The notes under the pieces were generated by a model that searched no databases, was not told where the DNA came from, and saw nothing but the letters and a program-made list of their open reading frames with translations. A DNA stretch of 64,000 nucleotides from an uncultured bacterium (GTDB taxonomy: Bacteria > Bacteroidota > Bacteroidia > Sphingobacteriales > Sphingobacteriaceae): NCBI GenBank assembly GCA_903828245.1, contig CAIKLP010000082.1, positions 11,636 to 75,635 on the forward strand, read 5' to 3'. Of this stretch, positions 18,369-26,645 are shown one piece after another. A program made the position numbers and the translations under genes. How positions within the stretch are numbered: the stretch's first letter is position 1; the number at the start of each line of letters is the position of its first letter.

Positions 18369-19340
18369 ATGTTAAAAAAGAAATTAGGACTATTATTTTT
18401 TGGTTTATTGGCCTTAACTGTTGTTAAAGCGCAAGACCCTCATTATTCGCAGTTTTACGCAGCGCCTCTTTACCTAAACCCTGGGTTTGCTGGTACTGCA
18501 GATGGCCCAAGGGTTATTTTAAACCACCGTAATCAATGGCCAGGAGTTAATAAAGCTTACCGAAACACCGCTTTCTCTTACGATCAATATATGCCAAATT
18601 TAAATGGTGGAATTGGTATTATGGTTGCAAATGATAATCAAGCAAATGGCGTTTTCAAAGCAACCCGTGTTACGGCTGTTTACTCTTACAATTTAAAAGT
18701 AAATAGAAAAGTAATGATTAAGCCAGCAATTTCCACTTCTTATTCAGCCAATTCGGTGAATACCAATAATTTAATTTGGGGATACGATGCACAAGGCACG
18801 CCAATTTATACTACTAACGACCCCTCTGCAGGTAATTTAAATGCCAGCTATTTGGATTTTGGAACAGGTGCTATCTTATTTACAGAGAACTTTTTTGGAG
18901 GTTTCTCTATTGATCATTTAACGGAACCCAATCAATCTTTTGATGGTGGAAATTCACCATTACCTCGCAAATACACTTTACATGCTGGTGGTTTTATTCC
19001 AGTTGGCAAAAAACAATATAATGCCTCTATTTCACCAAACATATTATACCAACAACAAGGGTCTAATAGTCAGTTGAATATTGGTATGTATTATAACAGG
19101 GGCCCAATTGTAGCAGGTACTTGGTATCGTTCTAGTTTTGTAAATGGCGATTCATTTATTGGCCTAGTTGGCTTTAAATACGATATTTACAAGTTTGGCT
19201 ATAGCTATGATATCATTACTTCAGAATTAAGAGCTTCTGCTTCTGGGGCACATGAATTTTCATTGTCAATCCAATTACAACAACCACCTTCGAAGGCAAA
19301 GGGTAAAAATTACAAACGTGTAAATTGCCCTTCTTTCTAA
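18369..19340 (+). CDS. PorP/SprF-family type IX secretion membrane protein
   Basis: AQDPHYSQFYAAPLYLNPGFAGT N-terminal signature after a signal peptide, with beta-barrel-like alternation. I prefer ATG at 18369 over the TTG at 18357. Confidence 0.85.
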   Translation: MLKKKLGLLFFGLLALTVVKAQDPHYSQFYAAPLYLNPGFAGTADGPRVILNHRNQWPGVNKAYRNTAFSYDQYMPNLNGGIGIMVANDNQANGVFKATRVTAVYSYNLKVNRKVMIKPAISTSYSANSVNTNNLIWGYDAQGTPIYTTNDPSAGNLNASYLDFGTGAILFTENFFGGFSIDHLTEPNQSFDGGNSPLPRKYTLHAGGFIPVGKKQYNASISPNILYQQQGSNSQLNIGMYYNRGPIVAGTWYRSSFVNGDSFIGLVGFKYDIYKFGYSYDIITSELRASASGAHEFSLSIQLQQPPSKAKGKNYKRVNCPSF

Positions 19341-19397
19341 GGATTTGAATAATAATAAATATATTTACTTCGTTAAATCTTAATTCAACACCGCTAA

Positions 19398-19414
19398 TTT
19401 GGCAATTTGCCAAA
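19398..19414. promoter_or_regulatory. 17-bp perfect palindrome TTTGGCAA-T-TTGCCAAA upstream of gldJ
   Basis: 8-bp arms are exact reverse complements around a single central T. It lies 30 nt before the gldJ ATG. Confidence 0.5.
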
Positions 19415-19443
19415 GAACGCAAAACAAATAAAATAACATACAG

Positions 19444-20859
19444 ATGAAAAAATTAATCAATTTTTCTGTTTACTTTTTGATGGCAGGTATGCTAGTTACT
19501 GTTTCATCATGTTCTGAGAAATCATCAAGAACAGGTTGGAAATACAACGACAAAAAGAACGGTGGCTTTCAAGTTTACAAAGACGCAGAACAAGCAACAG
19601 GTCCAGGTTTAATGTTCATTGAAGGTGGAACTTTTGTAATGGGTTCTATGGAGCAAGATTTAGCTTTCGATAATGACAATTACGAAAGAAGAGTTTCTGT
19701 TTCTTCTTTTTACATGGATGAAACCGAAGTAACAAACGTGGACTATTGTGAATATTTATACTGGTTAAAGCGAGTATATGGCGCAGATTATCCCGAAGTA
19801 TATGAAAAAGCATTGCCAGATACTTTAGCTTGGAGAAATCCACTTGGATTTAATGAGCCTTATGTAGATAACTACTTACGTCATCCAGCATACAAAAACT
19901 ATCCAGTAGTAGGTGTTTCTTGGACTCAAGCAAATGAATATTGCGCTTGGAGAACTGATCGCGTAAACGAAAGAATTTTAATTGATAAAGGAATCTTAAA
20001 AGATAATCCTAATCAAGTAAACGAAGATAACTTCAGTACACAAGCTTATCTTTCTGGCCAATACGAAGGGTTGGTTAAAAAGAATTTGAAAAACTTAGAT
20101 CCAAATGGCGAGCCAACTCGTCGTGTGCGTTTAGAAGATGGCATTTTATTGCCTAATTACCGTTTGCCAACAGAGGCAGAATGGGAATATGCAGCCAAAG
20201 CATTGAAAGGAAATTCGCAATTCGAAAATGTAAATCAAAAAAGACTATATGCTTGGAATGGTTTAACTACGCGTGATCCAGAAGGTAAAGGAAAAGGTAT
20301 TATGTATGCCAATTACAAAAGAGGTCGTGGAGATAACATGGGTGTTGCTGGTAATTTAAATGATAGCTACGACATTACTGGTCCAGTAAGAGCATTTGTT
20401 CCTAACGATTTTGGTTTATATAATATGGCAGGAAATGTGAGTGAGTGGGTGATGGATGTTTACCGTCCTTTGTCTCCAGAAGATAAAAGCGATTTCAATC
20501 CATTCCGTGGAAACGTATATACTAAACCTGCTACAGATGCCGATGGAAACATTGCAGAAAAAGACAGTTTAGGACATGTAAAAAGAGTGGTTGATTACGA
20601 TGCCTATGCAAGCCCTGATAAGCGCGGTGACATTGACGATGAGTCTATGTATGCTTATGGTGTAACCAGCATGATCAATGATAAAGCAAGAGTGTTTAAA
20701 GGTGGATCTTGGAACGATCGTGCTTATTTCTTGAATCCTGGCGTTCGCAGATTCATGGATGAAGATGCATCTACATCAGACATCGGATTCCGTTGCGCAA
20801 TGGTGAGATTAGGATCGCAAGACGCAAAGAAATTTAAAGCTAGAAACCCTAATAAATAA
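19444..20859 (+). CDS. gldJ: Gliding motility lipoprotein GldJ (FGE-sulfatase-like fold)
   Basis: Lipobox VSSC, then TGWKYNDKKNGGFQ and SUMF1/FGE-type segments (GGTFVMGS, YPVVGVSW, RGGSWND, IGFRC). Confidence 0.9.
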   Translation: MKKLINFSVYFLMAGMLVTVSSCSEKSSRTGWKYNDKKNGGFQVYKDAEQATGPGLMFIEGGTFVMGSMEQDLAFDNDNYERRVSVSSFYMDETEVTNVDYCEYLYWLKRVYGADYPEVYEKALPDTLAWRNPLGFNEPYVDNYLRHPAYKNYPVVGVSWTQANEYCAWRTDRVNERILIDKGILKDNPNQVNEDNFSTQAYLSGQYEGLVKKNLKNLDPNGEPTRRVRLEDGILLPNYRLPTEAEWEYAAKALKGNSQFENVNQKRLYAWNGLTTRDPEGKGKGIMYANYKRGRGDNMGVAGNLNDSYDITGPVRAFVPNDFGLYNMAGNVSEWVMDVYRPLSPEDKSDFNPFRGNVYTKPATDADGNIAEKDSLGHVKRVVDYDAYASPDKRGDIDDESMYAYGVTSMINDKARVFKGGSWNDRAYFLNPGVRRFMDEDASTSDIGFRCAMVRLGSQDAKKFKARNPNK

Positions 20860-20881
20860 TTATAGCCATAAAATATTTACA

Positions 20882-20910
20882 CCCTCGGATTGCATCCGGG
20901 GGTTTTTTTT
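20882..20910 (+). terminator. Intrinsic terminator after gldJ
   Basis: CCCTCGGA (20882-20889) / loop TTGCA / TCCGGGGG (20895-20902). This is an 8-bp stem with one G-U pair, followed by eight T (20903-20910). Confidence 0.75.
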
Positions 20911-20913
20911 GAT

Positions 20914-21693
20914 ATGCAAGAAGGTGGTTTAAGATTTTCAGAAAATGTAAGTATAGCAAAGCATCCATTGGTGTCTGTTATAACTGTGGTATACAATAGC
21001 GAACAGCTTATTGAACGTACCTTGCGTTCGGTTGCAAATCAAACTGCGAAAAATATAGAACATGTAATCATCGATGGTGCCTCTAAAGATCAAACACTCG
21101 CCATTGTAAAATCTTTTCCAAACGGGATTGCTTATTGGCTTTCGGAGAAAGATAATGGAATTTACGATGCCATGAATAAAGGCATCGAAAAAGCAAATGG
21201 AAACTATCTTATTTTTTTAAATTCGGGCGATGAGTTTTTTGCAAACGATACTATTGAAAAAGTATTTCAAAATAATGAAAATGCGGATGTGTATTATGGC
21301 GATACCATCATCACTAACGAACAAGGAGAGGCATTAAGAAACAGAAGATTACGACCACCCACCAATCTCTCCTGGCAAAGTCTACAAATGGGAATGGTAG
21401 TTTGTCACCAATCTGTTTTTGTAAAAAAAACAATTGCAGTACCTTATCAAACAAAGTATCGTATTTCGGCAGATATTGATTGGCTTATTCGCTGTTTAAA
21501 ACAAGCAAAAACGGTTTGTAATACCGACCTAGTAATTTCAAAATTTTTGGATGGAGGCATGTCACAAACCAATCAACAAAAGGGTTTGCAAGAACGCTAC
21601 GAAATTCTAAATATTCATTTCGGCTATTTAAAAAACGGATTCAATCATTTAAAAATGATTGCGAGGTTGCTTGCCAATAAATTATTGAATTAA
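20914..21693 (+). CDS. Family 2 glycosyltransferase
   Basis: VSVITVVYNSEQ...IDGASKD...FLNSGDEF is a GT-A/DxD-type N-domain. I prefer ATG at 20914; the track TTG at 20890 lies inside the gldJ terminator. Confidence 0.85.
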   Translation: MQEGGLRFSENVSIAKHPLVSVITVVYNSEQLIERTLRSVANQTAKNIEHVIIDGASKDQTLAIVKSFPNGIAYWLSEKDNGIYDAMNKGIEKANGNYLIFLNSGDEFFANDTIEKVFQNNENADVYYGDTIITNEQGEALRNRRLRPPTNLSWQSLQMGMVVCHQSVFVKKTIAVPYQTKYRISADIDWLIRCLKQAKTVCNTDLVISKFLDGGMSQTNQQKGLQERYEILNIHFGYLKNGFNHLKMIARLLANKLLN

Positions 21694-22289
21694 AAAATAG
21701 ATTTCATAGCCGACCACCAAATTACTTTTTGCGCTTGGTTGCTGCTGAGTTCTTCTAAAGAACTGGCTAGTAAAAATGGACAGTCCGCTATTTGAAATAC
21801 CGTGTTGATAGCTACCTCTTTTTCGATGCCAATTTTAGCTAATTCGATGCCAAAACCCAACACCTTATTACAGCTAAAAAATTCTTTTAAGGATTTAAAA
21901 TGAAGCGATTCGCATTGATGTAAATTGACAATGGCCACATCTCTCAATGCTAGTTTGAGTGCAGCTAAAGTTTTCTCTAATAGTAGTAGGTCGTTTGCAG
22001 CTATAATTTCAGTTTTTAACGGCTGGTCTATCAGTATTAAAATATATTTATTGTTCTCTCCTAGATAATTATAATGTACACCAATTGGCCTTAGATCCGA
22101 TGAGGGTATCGCGTTTTGTGCTGAAGATATAGACGGTTCGGCGGCAATTGCTTGATTTTCTAAAGTCGGTTCATTAGTCATTAGGCTAGCTTGCTCCAAT
22201 TGACTTGTGGCTTCGGTTATATGGTAAAGATCCGAGCCTAAAAGGGTGGTTAAAACGGCTGGATTAGTAGAAATAAGTGGATTTTGCAT
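21690..22289 (-). CDS. Hypothetical protein
   Basis: 199-aa ORF with a low-complexity Ser/Ala/Gln-rich N-half and an alpha/beta-looking C-half. No motif recognised. Confidence 0.55.
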   Translation of the reverse strand: MQNPLISTNPAVLTTLLGSDLYHITEATSQLEQASLMTNEPTLENQAIAAEPSISSAQNAIPSSDLRPIGVHYNYLGENNKYILILIDQPLKTEIIAANDLLLLEKTLAALKLALRDVAIVNLHQCESLHFKSLKEFFSCNKVLGFGIELAKIGIEKEVAINTVFQIADCPFLLASSLEELSSNQAQKVIWWSAMKSIF

Positions 22290-22339
22290 AGCTTGTTCCG
22301 TAAAAGTATCATTTTTTTAATTTACATACCAATTGCTGC

Positions 22340-22400
22340 CCTAAATACGTTGAAACAATTGAAAATTGTCCTAAATTAGCGAACCTAAAACAAACCTAAA
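22340..22400. repeat. Four CCTAAA repeats (starts 22340, 22370, 22384, 22395) plus two TTGAAA repeats
   Basis: Read directly, in the divergent intergenic region between the 199-aa hypothetical gene and the first PPIase gene. Confidence 0.35.
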
Positions 22401-22426
22401 TCAAAAATTTTAATTTTATATTTTTT

Positions 22427-24397
22427 ATGAAGAATTTAACTTGGTCAAAGAAAATTTATTTTTCAGCAGCTACAATGCTTTTTGGATTCGGTGCATTTGC
22501 GCAAAATACCAATACCCTAATGACGGTAGGTAGCGACAAAGTTGGTAAGCAAGAATTTGAAAATGTTTTCAAAAAGAACAATTCAAAATTGGCGACTAAT
22601 CCAGATGAGAAAACATTAAGAGAGTATTTAGACTTATACATCAATTTTAAATTAAAAGTACTTGAAGCGAAAAGTTTTGGTATGGATACTGCCGCTTCCT
22701 TTAAAAAAGAGCTAGCGGGTTATCGCAAACAATTAGCCGCGCCTTACTTAACAGATAAAGAAGTTACAGAGCAATTAATTAATGAAGCATACGAGCGTTC
22801 TAAAAAAGAAATTAGGGCAAGTCATATTCTAGTTAATTGTAAAGAAGATGCCAGCGCAAAAGATACCCTTGCGGCTTACAATAAAATTATGGCTATTCGT
22901 AAAAAAATCTTAGAGAAAAAAGAAGACTTTGCAAAAGTGGCCATGGAATCTTCAGAAGATCCTAGTGCAAAAACAAATAAAGGAGATTTAGGATTTTTCA
23001 GTGTCTTTGCCATGGTGTACTCTTTCGAAAATGCTTGCTACAAAGCAAAGCAAGGAACAGTAACGATGCCATTTAGAACAAAATATGGTTACCATATTGT
23101 AAAAGTGGTTGATTCGAGACCTGCCCAAGGTGAAGTAAAAGTAGCTCATATTATGTTGAGAGCAACCGCAAAGCTTAGCAAAGAAGATTCGTTAAGAAAC
23201 CAAAATAAAATTAACGAAGTTTATAATTTGCTCACAAGCGGACAAAAATTCGAAGAACTTGCAAAGCAATATTCAGAAGATAAAGGATCTGCGAAAAATG
23301 GCGGAATTTTACCCGTATTTGGTACAGGTAAAATGGTGCCAGAATTTGAATCAGAAGCTTTTGCGCTTAAAAATGTAAATGATTACAGCAAACCTTTTAC
23401 TACCTCTTACGGATGGCATATTGTAAAATTAGTAGAACGCAAATCGTTGCCATCATTTGATGCGGCTAAAGCAGACATCAAAGCAAAAATCAGTCGTGAT
23501 TCAAGAGCAGATCTTAATAAGCAATCATTTATTGGGAAGTTAAAAAAGGAATATAAATTTATTGAGACACCAGCTTCGTTGAAAAAATTCTATTCAAAAG
23601 CAGATTCTAACTTAGCGCTTAGTGCATTCAAAAAGCAAGAAACGGTTAATCCTAAAGATGCAATTTTTGCATTAGGTTCAACGATTTATACAGTAGCCGA
23701 TTATGCAGATTACTTGACACAGTATCAGTTTAATATGTTAAAAGACAATATGCCAAAGGCGAAAAAAGATGCCTATGATAATTTTGTGAATAAAACATTA
23801 TTGGATTACGAAGAAAACAGATTAGATCAAAAATATCCAGAATTTAAAACTTTGATGGAAGAGTATAGAGATGGTATTCTGTTGTTCGAATTAACAGATC
23901 AAAAAGTTTGGTCTGCTGCTGTAAAAGATACCACAGGCTTAGAATTATTTTTCGAACAAAATAAAGCGAACTACCAATGGGCCGATCGTTTAGATGCAAA
24001 AATGTATACTTGCGCAAACGAAGCCATCGCAAATGATGTTCGTCAAATTATCAAGAATAAAAAAATCACCGAAGATTCATTATTAAGAAGAATAAACAAA
24101 AGCAATCCGCTTAACTTGGCTATTAAATCTGATAAGTTCGAAAAAGGGGAAAACGCAATTATTGATGGCATCGTTTGGAAAAAGAGCGTGACGCCCAATA
24201 TTGTTGCAAATAACACCGTTGTATTTGTAAAGGTGAACGCTAAATTAAATGCACAAACCAAAGCCTTAAACGAAGTAAGAGGAACCGTTACAGCAGACTA
24301 TCAAAATAAGTTAGAGAAAGAATGGATTGGTGTTTTAAAACAAAAATATCCTGTACAAGTAGACGACGCAGTGTTCCGCACTTTGTTTGCTAAATAA
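22427..24397 (+). CDS. Peptidyl-prolyl isomerase, PpiD/SurA-like with two parvulin domains
   Basis: Signal peptide. Two parvulin-type segments: ASHILV...GDLGFF...YGYHIVKV and VAHIML...GGILPVFG...YGWHIVKL. Confidence 0.85.
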   Translation: MKNLTWSKKIYFSAATMLFGFGAFAQNTNTLMTVGSDKVGKQEFENVFKKNNSKLATNPDEKTLREYLDLYINFKLKVLEAKSFGMDTAASFKKELAGYRKQLAAPYLTDKEVTEQLINEAYERSKKEIRASHILVNCKEDASAKDTLAAYNKIMAIRKKILEKKEDFAKVAMESSEDPSAKTNKGDLGFFSVFAMVYSFENACYKAKQGTVTMPFRTKYGYHIVKVVDSRPAQGEVKVAHIMLRATAKLSKEDSLRNQNKINEVYNLLTSGQKFEELAKQYSEDKGSAKNGGILPVFGTGKMVPEFESEAFALKNVNDYSKPFTTSYGWHIVKLVERKSLPSFDAAKADIKAKISRDSRADLNKQSFIGKLKKEYKFIETPASLKKFYSKADSNLALSAFKKQETVNPKDAIFALGSTIYTVADYADYLTQYQFNMLKDNMPKAKKDAYDNFVNKTLLDYEENRLDQKYPEFKTLMEEYRDGILLFELTDQKVWSAAVKDTTGLELFFEQNKANYQWADRLDAKMYTCANEAIANDVRQIIKNKKITEDSLLRRINKSNPLNLAIKSDKFEKGENAIIDGIVWKKSVTPNIVANNTVVFVKVNAKLNAQTKALNEVRGTVTADYQNKLEKEWIGVLKQKYPVQVDDAVFRTLFAK

Positions 24398-24408
24398 ATT
24401 AATTAATA

Positions 24409-25269
24409 ATGCGTGTAATTGGATTTTTACTTTTGTTGAGCTTGAGTGCATGCGATTATATCGCAAGTTTTATCGGTGCTAAAGAAAAACCAATTGCACG
24501 CGTTTTCGATAAAGAACTTCTGCCTTCAGATTTAATTAATATTGTTCCAAAAGGTACATCCAAAAATGATAGCATGGAGATTGTAAAAGCCTATGTTGAA
24601 AATTGGGTAAAACAAGAAGTTATTTTAAAGCAGGCTATAGATAATGCTAATTTAGATCAAGCAGCAATCGAATTACAGTTAGCCAACTATAAAAACTCTT
24701 TGGTTATTTATGCCTACGAAGAACAATTAGTTGCGCAAAAATTAGACACAACAGTTTCAGAAAAAGAAGTACTCAATTTTTATAATAACAATAAAGATAA
24801 TTTTGAGTTGAAGAAGAGTATTGTAAAAGTGTCCTTTATTAAATTAGCCAAAAATGCTGCTCAATTAAATTTGGTAAAGAAATGGTTTAATTCTACTAGA
24901 CCAAGAGATAAAGCAGATTTAGAAACTTATTGTATGCAATTTGCTAGTGATTATCTTTTTGCAGATACCACTTGGCAATACCTAGATGATTTACAATCAA
25001 AAATTCCATTAGGCAAGTTTTCGGAAGATGCTATTTTGCAAACGGGTAAACGCTTAGAATTCACAGATGCTAACTTTATTTATCTGGTATTTATAAAAGA
25101 TTTCATGTACAGAGAAGAAACCTCTCCATTATCATTTGAAATCGATAATATTAGAAATAGCATTATCAATAAAAGAAAGCTAGTCTTGATCAATAGCATG
25201 GAACAAGGGGTTTATCAAAAAGCTGTTACGGATAAAGACATAGAAATTAATTTGGATGAAAAACAATAA
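24409..25269 (+). CDS. SurA-N-domain-like lipoprotein (no recognisable parvulin catalytic segment)
   Basis: Lipobox LSLSAC, helical chaperone-like sequence, and position between two PPIase genes. Confidence 0.6.
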   Translation: MRVIGFLLLLSLSACDYIASFIGAKEKPIARVFDKELLPSDLINIVPKGTSKNDSMEIVKAYVENWVKQEVILKQAIDNANLDQAAIELQLANYKNSLVIYAYEEQLVAQKLDTTVSEKEVLNFYNNNKDNFELKKSIVKVSFIKLAKNAAQLNLVKKWFNSTRPRDKADLETYCMQFASDYLFADTTWQYLDDLQSKIPLGKFSEDAILQTGKRLEFTDANFIYLVFIKDFMYREETSPLSFEIDNIRNSIINKRKLVLINSMEQGVYQKAVTDKDIEINLDEKQ

Positions 25270-26644
25270 ACAAATGAACACAAGAAAAAGTATTATCCTT
25301 TTTATCCTACTGTTGGTAATTAATTTTGCTGCAAATGCACAAGATAAAATTGCTGATAAAATTATTGCAGTGCTGGGAGAGAATATTGTTTTACAATCCG
25401 ATATTGATGGACAGTTTGCGCAATACATTGCTCAAGGGTATGCTAATAAACCCGAATTAAAATGTCAAATTTTAGAGTCCTTAATCACTCAAAAATTATT
25501 ACAAAACCAAGCGCAATTAGATAGTATTGAAGTAAGTGAAGGACAGGTGGAAGATGAGCTAAATAGAAGATTAAACTATTTTATTTCGCAAATTGGATCT
25601 CAAGAAAAGCTAGAACAATTTTTAGGAAAATCGGTCATTGAATTTAAATCAGATCTAAGAGACGACGTCCGATCGGTGATTATGGCGCAAAATATGCAGT
25701 CGCAAATAACCAGAGGTGTAACTATTACCCCGAACGAAATCAAAACTTTTTATGATAAAATTCCTGTAGACAGCTTACCCTATTTTAATAAAGAAGTGCA
25801 ACTTGGTATAATTGTAAAAAAGCCCGAAATTAGTTTAGCTTCAAAAACAGAGGCTAAAGAAAAATTAGAAGAGCTAAGAGCACGCGTGGCTAAAGGCGAA
25901 GACTTTTCTACATTGGCTATTTTATATTCACAAGACGGTTCGGCTAAAAGTGGCGGAGAGCTTGGCTTTGTAGGTAGAGGCGCTTTGGTTAAAGCATTTG
26001 AAGCAGTCGCTTTTAAATTAAAACCAGGGGAGTTATCCCAAATAGTAGAAACTGAATTTGGATTTCATATTGTACAATTAGTGGAGCGCAGAGGGGAACA
26101 AGTCAATGTGCGTCATATTTTAATTAAGCCAAGCACTAAATCTTCGGACTTAAAAAAAGCCAAATTAGAGTTAGACAGTTTATACACTTTACTCATTGCC
26201 AACGAACTTAAATTTACAGATGCAGCAGCAAAACACTCTGATGATGATGCTACTAAAAGAAACGGAGGCATGATGCAAAACGCGCAAGACGGCAGCACTA
26301 AAATCCCTTCAGACCAGTTAGATCCTAATTTATATTTTGTCATAGAGAATTTGAAAGTGGGCGAAATTGCACAACCTACATTATTTACTTTACCGAGTGG
26401 CGAGCAGGCGTATCGTATGGTGCAATTTATTTCTAAAACAGAACCCCATCGTGCAAATTTAAAAGATGATTATCAAAAAATTCAACAAGCTGCTTTGAGT
26501 AGTAAACAAAACAAAACAATGGAAGATTGGTTTAATAAAAAAAGAGCCAGTACTTTTATAAAAATTTCAGAAGATTTTAATTATTGCACTGCATTAGATA
26601 AATGGTTTGCAGCAGCATCAAAAGGGAAACAAGTCGATAAATAA
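25256..26644 (+). CDS. Periplasmic chaperone / peptidyl-prolyl isomerase SurA-like
   Basis: Signal peptide and a SurA N-domain (IIAVLGENIVLQSDID). Two parvulin-like segments: GGELGFVGRG...FGFHIVQL and VRHILIK...GGMM. Confidence 0.85.
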   Translation: MKNNKQMNTRKSIILFILLLVINFAANAQDKIADKIIAVLGENIVLQSDIDGQFAQYIAQGYANKPELKCQILESLITQKLLQNQAQLDSIEVSEGQVEDELNRRLNYFISQIGSQEKLEQFLGKSVIEFKSDLRDDVRSVIMAQNMQSQITRGVTITPNEIKTFYDKIPVDSLPYFNKEVQLGIIVKKPEISLASKTEAKEKLEELRARVAKGEDFSTLAILYSQDGSAKSGGELGFVGRGALVKAFEAVAFKLKPGELSQIVETEFGFHIVQLVERRGEQVNVRHILIKPSTKSSDLKKAKLELDSLYTLLIANELKFTDAAAKHSDDDATKRNGGMMQNAQDGSTKIPSDQLDPNLYFVIENLKVGEIAQPTLFTLPSGEQAYRMVQFISKTEPHRANLKDDYQKIQQAALSSKQNKTMEDWFNKKRASTFIKISEDFNYCTALDKWFAAASKGKQVDK

Positions 26645-26645
26645 T

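Noticed and set aside
19399-19411. Sigma-54-like TGGCA...TTGC within the gldJ palindrome
   Set aside because: The GG and GC elements are separated by only 6 nt instead of the ~10 nt required for a -24/-12 promoter.
20890-20913. TTG start of the GT2 gene at 20890
   Set aside because: It lies inside the gldJ terminator hairpin and T-tract. The ATG at 20914 directly follows the terminator.
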